62,568 nt of DNA from a virus (Duplodnaviria > Caudoviricetes): positions 1 to 62,568 of the IMG/VR virus record IMGVR_UViG_3300011417_000010. One strand, written 5' to 3'. Within the stretch, counting starts at the first letter, position 1. The number at the start of each line of letters is the position of its first letter. Both the position numbers and the translations under genes were made by a program. The notes beneath the pieces are model-generated. The model did no database searches, was not told the origin of the DNA, and was given only the letters and a program-made list of their open reading frames with translations. Below are positions 9,527 to 18,388 of the stretch, piece by piece.

Positions 9527-10375
9527 ATGGCTGATTACACCGACAGCAAGCCAGTAGTAGGCGACGTCTTCCCAATTGGGGGTGGCGAGTCTCCGTGGCT
9601 GCGCACTGAGCCGCTGATTACTCCGATTCAGCTGAAGCGTCAGCACCTTTTCGGCATCCCGCTTGTCTCCGGCATGAAGGACCCCATCACGGGCCGTAAC
9701 GACCGCCTCACCGACGACGACCTGAAAGAGTACATCGATACAGCGGTCGGCCTCGCTGAGCTGGAGACTGGTCTCACTATCTTCCCGACGAAGTTCAGCG
9801 AGAAGAAGCCCTGGGACCGCCAGGAGTACGACTCGTTCGGTTACTGTATTCTTCAGAAACGTCCGATCGCGAGCATCGAGCGGATGACTGTCAATCTCTC
9901 GAACAACGACACCATCTACGAGGTGCCGAACGACTGGATCGAGACCGGCAACCTGCAGTGGGGCCAGCTCAACATCATCCCGCTGACCATCGCGCTCACG
10001 TCGGGTAACGTCACTGCTATCCCGACGACCGCGGGCGGCGCCCTGCTGCTCTCGATCTTCCAGGGCAAGTCGCAGTGGGTCGCCTCGTTCTGGAGGGCCG
10101 ACTACACGGCCGGCTTCCCCGACGGGCAGATTCCCAAGGTCGTCAACGACCTCATTGGCTGCATCGCCGCGATGGAGGTACTGTCGCAGCTGGCGAGCAC
10201 CTACGGTCGCTCGAACGGCTCGTCACTCGGCATCGACGGCATGTCGCAGTCTGTGTCGACTCCCGGCCCAGAGATTTTCACGCCCCGCCTCAAGGACCTC
10301 GCTGCCAAGCGCGCGACCCTGATCGGCAAGCTGAAAAATCTGTATCACCTGAAGTTCTTCTCGAACAACGTGTAA
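9527..10375 (+). CDS. Head-tail adaptor / neck protein
   Basis: ADYTAGF..IPK..DLIG and SSLGIDGMSQS motifs typical of large-myophage adaptors. Confidence 0.65.
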   Translation: MADYTDSKPVVGDVFPIGGGESPWLRTEPLITPIQLKRQHLFGIPLVSGMKDPITGRNDRLTDDDLKEYIDTAVGLAELETGLTIFPTKFSEKKPWDRQEYDSFGYCILQKRPIASIERMTVNLSNNDTIYEVPNDWIETGNLQWGQLNIIPLTIALTSGNVTAIPTTAGGALLLSIFQGKSQWVASFWRADYTAGFPDGQIPKVVNDLIGCIAAMEVLSQLASTYGRSNGSSLGIDGMSQSVSTPGPEIFTPRLKDLAAKRATLIGKLKNLYHLKFFSNNV

Positions 10376-10379
10376 GCTC

Positions 10380-13274
10380 ATGCCGCAGGTAGCCCTCATC
10401 ACGGCCTACAATGGCAAGGGCCAGCTCCTCGTCGGCAAGCGAAACGACAATGAGCGGTACACCCTGCCGGGTGGCCACATCGAAAGCGGGGAGGACCCGT
10501 CCGCGGGCGCTCTCCGCGAGCTGTACGAGGAGACGGGTCTGCACGCGCAGAGCCTGTCCTTCCTGAGGCACTTCGTGACAAAGACCGGTGTCGAGCTTCA
10601 CTGCTTCAGTGCGTTCGTCACGGGCGAGCCGCACGGCAAGAACGACCCCGATCACGAGGTCAGCAAGTGGGAGTTCATCGACGTCGAGGAAGGTCTTCCG
10701 CCGAAGGTGTTCAACAACCTACACGGTCCCCAGGACGACGACAACCTCGTTACTCAGCTCTTCGACCTGCAGAAGGCAGAGGAGATGGGGCAGCGCGTGT
10801 GGCACTCGGACGGGAATGAGATCCACATCCCGTCGGAGATGCACCCGGACCGTCCTGCGTACGACGAGAACCACCTGAACGAGGTCCGCAAGACCTACAA
10901 GATGGACGTGCGACCGCTCAAGGTCGGGACCGAGCAGCTGACGACCACGCTGCCGTTGTCCAACCACGACCGTCACGACCTCTATCGCCGCATCTTTCGC
11001 GCGGGCGAGCACCTCCCGGCCATCGTCGTTGAGAAGACTGGCTCTGGGTATCGCGTCCTCGACGGGAACCACAAGGTCCACGCTGTTCGCTCCGAAGGTG
11101 GCGGCCAGATGGACGCCGTGGAGCTGATTCCTGACGAGATGCCACCAGAAATCCGCGAGGCGCACATGGCGAAGGCCGAGGACGAGGTCTACCGCCTACT
11201 CGACCACCCCAACGTCGCTGAGCGCACGATGGCGCTCAAGCTCGACTCGCTCCAACCGTCGCACCTTGACGCCGCTGCGCTCGACGCGGACCCGAAGGTG
11301 TACTCGGCCGCGATCGACCACGCCAAGTTCGGTCCGCTGCAGGGCCTACACCTCATGGAGGCGACGCAGGATAAGACCGGAGCGTTTCCCGCCAAGCAGA
11401 AGAATACGTTTCTCCAGCGTGGGGGCAGGGTGAAGCCCTACCACCTGACTGCGTACCTCAACTCCGCTCGGACTGCAGGTCACGACGAGTACGTGTGGGC
11501 TGTCGGGATGCTCACCTACCGTGGTACGCCTACGACCGACGCTATCTTGCGCAAGATCTACCTCGACAGCGGTCAGGTCGACTCAGCGTTGCGTCTCCAG
11601 GCCGTCGCCCACCCGAACGCCCCAGCCGACATCCTCGACCATGCCCTGGATTTGGGGTTCATGGTCCGCACGCCGGAGTCGTCCGAGTTCGCCAAGGGCG
11701 CGGCGGCGCACAAGAACGTGCTCAAGAGTTCGCTCGCTAGGATCGTCCACCGCGCAGCGGACCGCGGCGATGAGTACGAGGTCACTATCGCGCTCCATGC
11801 GCTGAGCAACAACACCGTCGGTGACGAGGTGGGTAGGTACCTTTTGACTCGCTCGATCGCGTCACCCACGTCGGCCGCCCCGCGTCTGCTCGGCGCGCTT
11901 CTGTCCGGTCCGTCCGGCACAAAGGAGCTGGCCGACGAAGCTCAGAAGCACCTTCAGCCGCAGGCCCTGCAGTACATCGTGGGCTCGCCGCACGCGGGCA
12001 CTGATGTGGTCGGAGCTGTGGTCGCCTCGGGCGACCCCGCCATGCTATCCAAGGCCATGGAGAGCCCGCACTTCGGCAACGAGCACCTCGCGCTGCTGGT
12101 GAAGCACGCCGAGGAGACGTTCGCGAAGTCGATCGACGAGAACGCCAAGGCGCTCGCGCAACACCCGGTGGTCTCGACGCAGCTCGGGTTCGACGAGACG
12201 AACAATCCTGCGTTTAAGGCGGCTAAGTTCTTGGCGATGGGTCAGGACCTCACCGACGAAGACCAGCGCCAGGCTCTCTACCACGAGGACGGCGACATGG
12301 AGCGAGCTGCGCTCCTAGCGTACGGTCTGCCCTGCACCGACGACAACCTGGCTGCGCTCCGCGCCGTCATGGACGTCCGCGACGTGAAGAAGAGCGCGCT
12401 GGACGGCTCCGTCCCCGTTGCGAACGCGGTCACCGCACACCCCGAGGGTAAGGACGTCGGTGACGCGATCGAGCGCGCCGTCAAGGACAACTTCGTGTTC
12501 CCAGTCGCGCTCGGTGGGAAGCACTCAGTCGGGTCAATGCTCGCTTACGACGACGAGACGCACACAACCTGGCTGCTCAAGTCGGGTAGTGGTGGCGCTG
12601 GCGGAGCCGCGGGCTCGAAGCAGGACCCCTCCAACCCCAACGCACGCGAGGCTGCATTCTACTACGTCGCGAAGGAGTGGGGGATTGAGAAGTGGTTCCC
12701 GCGCGCGGAGCTGCTACTGCTCGACGGGCAGCCGTTCGCCGCTCTCGCCCTGCTCCCGCTCAACTACAAGACGCTCGACAAGCGTGAGCACGATGACCAC
12801 GGCATCTCTCGCCGGATTCTGCACCCGATGCTGCACGACGGGACGCTCCACCAATGGGCGGTGATCGACTACGTGCTCGGCAACCCGGACCGTCACGGTC
12901 AGAACGTGATGGTAAACCCGAAGCACGATGTGCGGCTGATTGACCACGGCTCCGCGTTCGCGGGTTATTTGTTCGACCCCGCGCACGACCAGAACTCGTT
13001 CGTGCCGTACTACCTGCGCGCGTGGCACCTCGAAGGCTCGTTCAACCAGCTGCCGGCCGACCAGAAGCTGAAGGGCCTCCCCCGCGTGCACGAGGAGGTC
13101 GCGGTCAAGCTCACGGCCTGGATCGACTCCATCAAGGCTGACAAGCTCACCGAGATCTGCAAGCGCTACGGTATCAACCCCGAGCCCACGCTCACCCGCC
13201 TGGGCAAGCTCCAGGTAGCCGTCGCCAGCGAGCCAGCCGACCTGGCGATCAATAAACTTTGGGTCACGACCTAG
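10380..13274 (+). CDS. Multidomain protein: Nudix hydrolase + ParB-like nuclease + helical repeats + PI3/4-kinase/HipA-like kinase
   Basis: Nudix box GGHIESGEDPSAGALRELYEETG; ParB YRVLDGNHK; kinase DYVLGNPDRHGQN..LIDHG; domains separated by LQKAE, MAKAE, FAKS, VKKS. Confidence 0.8.
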   Translation: MPQVALITAYNGKGQLLVGKRNDNERYTLPGGHIESGEDPSAGALRELYEETGLHAQSLSFLRHFVTKTGVELHCFSAFVTGEPHGKNDPDHEVSKWEFIDVEEGLPPKVFNNLHGPQDDDNLVTQLFDLQKAEEMGQRVWHSDGNEIHIPSEMHPDRPAYDENHLNEVRKTYKMDVRPLKVGTEQLTTTLPLSNHDRHDLYRRIFRAGEHLPAIVVEKTGSGYRVLDGNHKVHAVRSEGGGQMDAVELIPDEMPPEIREAHMAKAEDEVYRLLDHPNVAERTMALKLDSLQPSHLDAAALDADPKVYSAAIDHAKFGPLQGLHLMEATQDKTGAFPAKQKNTFLQRGGRVKPYHLTAYLNSARTAGHDEYVWAVGMLTYRGTPTTDAILRKIYLDSGQVDSALRLQAVAHPNAPADILDHALDLGFMVRTPESSEFAKGAAAHKNVLKSSLARIVHRAADRGDEYEVTIALHALSNNTVGDEVGRYLLTRSIASPTSAAPRLLGALLSGPSGTKELADEAQKHLQPQALQYIVGSPHAGTDVVGAVVASGDPAMLSKAMESPHFGNEHLALLVKHAEETFAKSIDENAKALAQHPVVSTQLGFDETNNPAFKAAKFLAMGQDLTDEDQRQALYHEDGDMERAALLAYGLPCTDDNLAALRAVMDVRDVKKSALDGSVPVANAVTAHPEGKDVGDAIERAVKDNFVFPVALGGKHSVGSMLAYDDETHTTWLLKSGSGGAGGAAGSKQDPSNPNAREAAFYYVAKEWGIEKWFPRAELLLLDGQPFAALALLPLNYKTLDKREHDDHGISRRILHPMLHDGTLHQWAVIDYVLGNPDRHGQNVMVNPKHDVRLIDHGSAFAGYLFDPAHDQNSFVPYYLRAWHLEGSFNQLPADQKLKGLPRVHEEVAVKLTAWIDSIKADKLTEICKRYGINPEPTLTRLGKLQVAVASEPADLAINKLWVTT

Positions 13275-13284
13275 AGATTCGCTA
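13275..13284 (+). promoter_or_regulatory. AGATTCGCTA motif
   Basis: Exact copy, 10 nt before ATG 13295. Confidence 0.65.
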
Positions 13285-13294
13285 GAAATTGGGT

Positions 13295-13609
13295 ATGAAG
13301 TTCCTTCTCGCCTTTGTCCTCGCGCTCGCTCTCACCAGCTGCGCCACCACCGAAGCCTACACGGGTCCGGACTCTCTCACGCCTACCGTCGTGGACGAGC
13401 CGTATCGACACGTGAACTCGCACAACCCGCGAAACGTCTTCTGGGAGACACACCACGTGCTGGTCTTCAAGAACCCGCTCTACCGGGAGGTCGCGTTCGA
13501 CGTCGACTGCGAGAACAACTTCTTCCGCGTCGACGTGCCCGCGCGCACGGTGTCTCGCCTACTCCTCACTCAGGACGACGGCAGCTGCGAAGTCAAGCGG
13601 GTTCGTTGA
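13295..13609 (+). CDS. Lipoprotein
   Basis: Signal peptide with lipobox LTSC. Confidence 0.65.
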   Translation: MKFLLAFVLALALTSCATTEAYTGPDSLTPTVVDEPYRHVNSHNPRNVFWETHHVLVFKNPLYREVAFDVDCENNFFRVDVPARTVSRLLLTQDDGSCEVKRVR

Positions 13610-13868
13610 TCGGGCGCAGGTAGCCGCGCTTCGCGTCCAGCGTCTGCTCCAGCGCCAGCTTCGCGACCCGAAGCAGGCCGTGCTGGCCAGTCAGGTACCG
13701 GGAATCCTCGGTCCAGAAGACGTTCCACATGGGATTGTGGACTTCGTAGACCTTTCGGAGCATGACGTAGCCGACCGGCTGCCACTCCGGGATGAAGTCG
13801 TCCTCCCACAGTTCCAGCAGGACGTACGTCTGCTGGAAGTGGATCCAGCGACGTGCCCGTGGTATCAC
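13593..13868 (-). CDS. Hypothetical protein
   Basis: GTG start overlapping the previous stop in a minus-strand operon. Confidence 0.5.
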   Translation of the reverse strand: MIPRARRWIHFQQTYVLLELWEDDFIPEWQPVGYVMLRKVYEVHNPMWNVFWTEDSRYLTGQHGLLRVAKLALEQTLDAKRGYLRPINEPA

Positions 13869-14158
13869 AGGCGCCTCCGACGTGGTTTTCCCTTGTCGCC
13901 CACGACGAGCTTCTGCATTAGCCACGACACGACCTGCTCCATCGACATCTCGTAGGTCTTTCTACCACGGAAGGGGCGGATGCGCATTGTGAGGGCCTTG
14001 TCGATGGTGACGATGGCGTCGCGGGGCTTGCCGCCCTTGCCCAACCGAGCCGGTACCCGCGCGCGGAACCGGATGGTCTTCTTGACGGGCTCCAGTGGTG
14101 GCAGGGGCTCCTTCAGAAGCTCCCGCCCGGCCCGCTCCGCCTCTTCCGCGAAGGTCAT
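13865..14158 (-). CDS. Hypothetical basic protein
   Basis: AAGGAGG RBS. Confidence 0.6.
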   Translation of the reverse strand: MTFAEEAERAGRELLKEPLPPLEPVKKTIRFRARVPARLGKGGKPRDAIVTIDKALTMRIRPFRGRKTYEMSMEQVVSWLMQKLVVGDKGKPRRRRL

Positions 14159-14373
14159 ACATGTCCTCCTTGCGCAACCGTCCAGATGCGGTGCGCTTTC
14201 TCGGCCGCGGTCTCCTCGCGCGACGTGAATCCCCAGACCCGAGCCCCCGGCTTGTAGCGCTCGGGGTCGGCGGGGCCCAGGTCCACGGGCTCGCGCTGTT
14301 CTCCGATGAATGCCTTGGCGCTCGGGGCGCCCATCGACACTACCCGAAGGTAGAGGTCGTACTCCATATTCAT
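14155..14373 (-). CDS. Hypothetical protein
   Basis: ATGA overlaps at both ends; GGAGG RBS. Confidence 0.55.
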   Translation of the reverse strand: MNMEYDLYLRVVSMGAPSAKAFIGEQREPVDLGPADPERYKPGARVWGFTSREETAAEKAHRIWTVAQGGHV

Positions 14374-14840
14374 GGCGCCCTCCAGTACCCGTAGACGCAC
14401 CTGGTGCCCCCGCGAGAGGGGTCGTAGGTGTCGTGGACGACCCCGTCGATGACGGCGGACGAGTGTTTCGACAGGGACACCACCAGTCGGCCCTTCGGCA
14501 GTTCGTGCGAGCGCAGGTGGACCTTGCAGCCAGAGCCGATTTTCATGGTGGGGGTCCATACCCACCCTAGGCTCTCCAGGTAGCGGTTCTTGGTGACCTT
14601 GAACACGCCGGTTCGGGCGTTGCTGCGGCGACCCCTCCTGCGCTTGGAGCCGGGACGCTCTTTCTGGGCGTGCTGGTTGATGCCGTCATAGACGGTCTGG
14701 TAAGGGAGCCCTGTGGCGATGGCGATGGCCCTCGTCACGCAGTCCCCGGTCGAGCCATCGTAGCCGGCTGCCTTGCGGCCTCCGTCGTCGTACACCCACT
14801 TCCCGCTGTGGACGTGGATTGGTTCTGTTGTGGATTCCAT
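14370..14840 (-). CDS. Papain-like fold (Cys-His-Asp) phage protein
   Basis: GDCVTRAIAIATG..KHSSAVIDGVVHDTYD pattern. Confidence 0.55.
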   Translation of the reverse strand: MESTTEPIHVHSGKWVYDDGGRKAAGYDGSTGDCVTRAIAIATGLPYQTVYDGINQHAQKERPGSKRRRGRRSNARTGVFKVTKNRYLESLGWVWTPTMKIGSGCKVHLRSHELPKGRLVVSLSKHSSAVIDGVVHDTYDPSRGGTRCVYGYWRAP

Positions 14841-14846
14841 TCTTGT

Positions 14847-14875
14847 AAGGTAGCATGATCCCCCACCCGTGTCAA
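14847..14875 (-). promoter_or_regulatory. Sigma70-type (early) promoter
   Basis: TTGACA-17 nt-TACCTT with TG extension, 6 nt before ATG 14840 (leaderless). Confidence 0.6.
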
Positions 14876-14894
14876 CGGTAATCTTTTAGGTAAG

Positions 14895-15203
14895 ATGCAG
14901 ATCCGCCCTCAAGAAATTGACTACAAGAAGGACATCGGGACCCTGGACGGTCGCCCCGTCATCGAGCTTGGTCTCAAGGGCGGTCTGCACCTGGTGCTGA
15001 CCACCCACGGCCCCAAGATCGACTACCTGGGGGTCGGACCTCACCGCGCGGTCGCCCGGTTCATGGCCAAGAAGCGCCAGCCCAACATCCTCTTCACGGA
15101 GCTGTCGAAAGCCGACGACGTAGCTCCCGAGCACTTCCAGCACCTGGTTCCTCAGTACGAGGCGATGCTGGGTCAGCTCTGCGCGCTCAACCCCCGGAAG
15201 TAA
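14895..15203 (+). CDS. Hypothetical late protein
   Basis: AATCTT upstream; contains LSKAD. Confidence 0.6.
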   Translation: MQIRPQEIDYKKDIGTLDGRPVIELGLKGGLHLVLTTHGPKIDYLGVGPHRAVARFMAKKRQPNILFTELSKADDVAPEHFQHLVPQYEAMLGQLCALNPRK

Positions 15204-15206
15204 CCC

Positions 15207-16028
15207 ATGGCGGGGAGGCAGGCAGAGGGCAACGTCGATCTCAAGACGACCCTCACAACTGTCAGCTTCGACCCTGACGCTTTCGACGTCGCGATTCGCT
15301 CGCAGGGGGTCAAGCTGGTCCACATGCGCGCGATGAGGTGCCCCGTCGGCCTCACGGACAAGTATGATGTGCGCCGGACCGACCACGACCACTCTGGGTG
15401 CTCGAACGGGCACATCTACACGCGTGCCGGCGAGATCACGTGCTTGTTCATCAGCAACAACAACAAGCAGGACCAGTACGACACGGGCTTGATGGACGGC
15501 AGCACGGTGCAGGTCACTGCACCGTTCACGTACGACGAGTCTGACGTCGTAGTCGACGTCCTCCCGTTCGATCGCTTCTATCTCGAACAGGAGAATGTCA
15601 CTGTGACGCACTCACAGCTCGTCGAGGCGCACACGACGGGCCACGATCGCCTCGACCACCCGGTCGTCGAGGTCATCGACATCATCGACTCGAACGGCAA
15701 GCACCACAATCCTGGCGAGGTGTCGGTCGAAGCCGGTCAGGTCGTGTGGGCGAACCCGCTCCCGTACAATCTCGAAACCGAGAAGGGGATGATCTACGCC
15801 ATCCGCTACACGTATCGCCCGTACTGGTACGTGAAGCAGTTGATGCACCAGGTTCGCGTTGCTGGCGTCGACACCGTCGACGGTCGCGTCGTGAGACGGT
15901 TTCCCCAGCAGTGGCAGATGCAGCGCGAGTATATTTTCGAGAAGGTCGACAAGGATCCGGATGACCCGATGTCTTCGGAGCCACGTACCGTTAAGGGGCC
16001 GCGCCAAAGTTCGTTTGGACCGCGGTAA
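15207..16028 (+). CDS. Putative head-closure / neck protein
   Basis: RAMRCPV..CSNGHIY N-terminal motif and IRYTYRPYW, as in large-myophage neck proteins. Confidence 0.55.
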   Translation: MAGRQAEGNVDLKTTLTTVSFDPDAFDVAIRSQGVKLVHMRAMRCPVGLTDKYDVRRTDHDHSGCSNGHIYTRAGEITCLFISNNNKQDQYDTGLMDGSTVQVTAPFTYDESDVVVDVLPFDRFYLEQENVTVTHSQLVEAHTTGHDRLDHPVVEVIDIIDSNGKHHNPGEVSVEAGQVVWANPLPYNLETEKGMIYAIRYTYRPYWYVKQLMHQVRVAGVDTVDGRVVRRFPQQWQMQREYIFEKVDKDPDDPMSSEPRTVKGPRQSSFGPR

Positions 16029-16043
16029 TCTTTGAGGGTGTAG

Positions 16044-17048
16044 ATGTCTTTTAATCGCGCACAGTTCCTGATCGAGGTACTCGGTCCTGACGGCGCTCTC
16101 GCCCTCGCGAAAGCGGCTGCACGCTCAGAGTACCTAGCGCAGATGGTCGTGCCGCGCACGATCCTGGCGTGGCTAGAGGCAAACCCAGAGTTTGAAGGCG
16201 TGGTCCCAGGCGCGGATTTCGCGATCAAGTTCACGAAGAGCGAGGACGGCTTCTCTGGGAATCTCGGTGACTACCAGTTTCAGCAGGCCACGATCTTTCA
16301 CGTCGCGGGTGCTCTCGCGAGCGTGATGGAGCTGGATTCCCTGTCGTTCGGCAATGCTCGCAACGCAGAACTCACGAGGCTCGGCAAGTCCATCGACCTG
16401 ATGGCGAAGGTTCACCTCGTCTCGCAGCTCTCGAAGAGGGAGATCCTCGGGCGCGAGGAGTCGAGTCCTGGTGACGTCGGTGGCGAGTATTCTCGTCAGG
16501 AGATCTACCAGAACGACGAGCACTCGAAGGGTGAGATCCACAAGGATGAGAAGCCAGCTTCCACCAAGTGTCTTGAGTGTGGTGGTACCAAGAGTAGGCA
16601 CTACGACCGCCTCGTCGCTGGTATTGTTCTGAAGTGCAAGAACGACAAGTCCAAACAGTTGGAGAAGAAGGCGACCAGCATGGCTGGCGGCACTGGCAAG
16701 ACTGCCGGCCCTGTCGCCCCAGCGGCTCCCGCAGCCCCAACCGCCTCCGCCCCGCAGCACACGACTCCGCAGCAGCCTAAGCAGGCGCCGGGCTCCGCGA
16801 AGCCGCCGAAGCCAGCAATGGGCGGCAACACGATGAAGCTCACGCGCTCCGAGTCCAACGCTCGCTGCACTGTTTGCTCGCAGCCGCAGTTCCACCGCGG
16901 CTCGTTCGTCGGGTGCATGTGCTTCCGCGCTCTCGCGAAGTCAGTCACTGTGATCGGCCACGACCACGACCACGTGGAGATCCGTCTCGGCGATGGCTGG
17001 GATCGCGAGACTACTCTGACGCTGCTCGAAGCGTTCGGGAGGCGCTAA
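16044..17048 (+). CDS. Putative internal head protein with zinc ribbons
   Basis: AATCTT upstream; LAKA, FTKSE, LGKS, LAKS motifs; CxxC pairs. Confidence 0.55.
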   Translation: MSFNRAQFLIEVLGPDGALALAKAAARSEYLAQMVVPRTILAWLEANPEFEGVVPGADFAIKFTKSEDGFSGNLGDYQFQQATIFHVAGALASVMELDSLSFGNARNAELTRLGKSIDLMAKVHLVSQLSKREILGREESSPGDVGGEYSRQEIYQNDEHSKGEIHKDEKPASTKCLECGGTKSRHYDRLVAGIVLKCKNDKSKQLEKKATSMAGGTGKTAGPVAPAAPAAPTASAPQHTTPQQPKQAPGSAKPPKPAMGGNTMKLTRSESNARCTVCSQPQFHRGSFVGCMCFRALAKSVTVIGHDHDHVEIRLGDGWDRETTLTLLEAFGRR

Positions 17049-17552
17049 ATGAGTGCTGGACACGTAGACGCCCCCAAGTGGCAGGGGAAGTACCCCATGA
17101 CCGAGCCCGAGCACGCCGACGACCTGGAGATGCGCGCCGCGATCAACGAGCACCACCACCGCATGCCCCGTCACGAGGCTGAGGCGAAGGCGCACGAGGA
17201 CTACCGTCGCGACCAGGTCATCACGGCCGCCGCACATCACCTGCTTGGCATGCGAGTGGCGCACGCCGCGGGCAAGCTCGAAGACGCGAAGAAGCACGCG
17301 ACCATGTACGCGTTCGCGCTGCACCAGCTTGGCCACAAGGACCTGGTCACGCCGCCCGACGAGGTCGCTGACCGCGCAAAGAAGACGCCGTCGGACGACA
17401 TCGCGAAGTTCAAGGCCCACAAGGCCGACATGTACTCGATGCCGGAGCTTGGTGACAACGAGAAGCCGAAGTCGCGCGGCTCGCTGGAGCCCGACGTCAA
17501 GCGCGACGCGCAGGACATCCGCGACAAGCAGCTCGAAGCAAAGGCTGTCTAG
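17049..17552 (+). CDS. Hypothetical His-rich helical protein
   Basis: Abuts the previous gene; strong codon bias. Confidence 0.6.
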   Translation: MSAGHVDAPKWQGKYPMTEPEHADDLEMRAAINEHHHRMPRHEAEAKAHEDYRRDQVITAAAHHLLGMRVAHAAGKLEDAKKHATMYAFALHQLGHKDLVTPPDEVADRAKKTPSDDIAKFKAHKADMYSMPELGDNEKPKSRGSLEPDVKRDAQDIRDKQLEAKAV

Positions 17553-17935
17553 TGAAGCTCAGGCTGAAGCGGTTGTTCCAGGATATCGAGGTGGAGGGGA
17601 CGCCCGAGGAATGTGCAGCGTTTGTCAAGGCTCTTGAAACGGTGCAGCTAACGAGTCCTCTGTCTCTGCCGAACCCTCCGGTGTTTGTGCCGACGTTTCA
17701 GATCCTCGACGTCTGCCCGCAGGGAGGAGCGCACGAGTACCCTGAGGTATGGATGAGCGTGTCTCCTCCTGCTTGTCGGAAGTGCGGTCAGGCATCCGCC
17801 AGTCAACCGTACTGGACTGTGACGACGGAGCTGGTGAGGAATCCGGCGACCCCATATACGGTGACGAAGGTTGGCGCAGACGGATACGTCGCGCAGCCCG
17901 TAGGTCCGCCAGCACTCCAAGGCTGTACCGACTAG
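17552..17935 (+). CDS. Hypothetical protein
   Basis: TAGTG coupling; CPQGGAH..CRKC zinc-binding pattern; overlaps the antisense SLT gene. Confidence 0.5.
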   Translation: MKLRLKRLFQDIEVEGTPEECAAFVKALETVQLTSPLSLPNPPVFVPTFQILDVCPQGGAHEYPEVWMSVSPPACRKCGQASASQPYWTVTTELVRNPATPYTVTKVGADGYVAQPVGPPALQGCTD

Positions 17936-18335
17936 GGCGGCAGCCCCGCGCCGGCCGGTTGTACTTCGTGAGCCACCCGCTCGGGTGCTCGCACTGCTGG
18001 ACGAACGTCGCCAGGTATTCGGTGCTGATCCGGATGTTCGTGTTGACGTCCTCCAGCTGTCGCCTGGTGAGCCTCAGGTCGCGCCCCTGGATGGCCCCGT
18101 GGGGTTTCGGCTGACAGATGCCGATCTCACCGTGGGTCCCACGCGCGTGCTTCCTGAATTGCGACTCGTGGTAGCACTTCGCGGCCTCGATGGAGGCTGG
18201 AATTCCATAGCGCTTCGCCCAGTAGGTGAACGCGGTGGTTAGCTCACGCACGTACGGCGTGTTGCACCGGGCGTCGAGCTGCGGACCTACTTCAGCCGTC
18301 TGAACTAGACACGCGAGTATCACGAGTGGGTTCAT
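17625..18335 (-). CDS. Lytic transglycosylase (SLT-like)
   Basis: CYHESQF (catalytic Glu), GEIGICQ, NIRISTEYL and KYN motifs; AGGAGG RBS. Confidence 0.7.
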   Translation of the reverse strand: MNPLVILACLVQTAEVGPQLDARCNTPYVRELTTAFTYWAKRYGIPASIEAAKCYHESQFRKHARGTHGEIGICQPKPHGAIQGRDLRLTRRQLEDVNTNIRISTEYLATFVQQCEHPSGWLTKYNRPARGCRPSRYSLGVLADLRAARRIRLRQPSSPYMGSPDSSPAPSSQSSTVDWRMPDRTSDKQEETRSSIPQGTRALLPAGRRRGSETSAQTPEGSAETEDSLAAPFQEP

Positions 18336-18388
18336 GGGCAGAGCCTCCTACCCACCATCTTGCTCCCGGGGATCCCGGAAGTCAAGTT

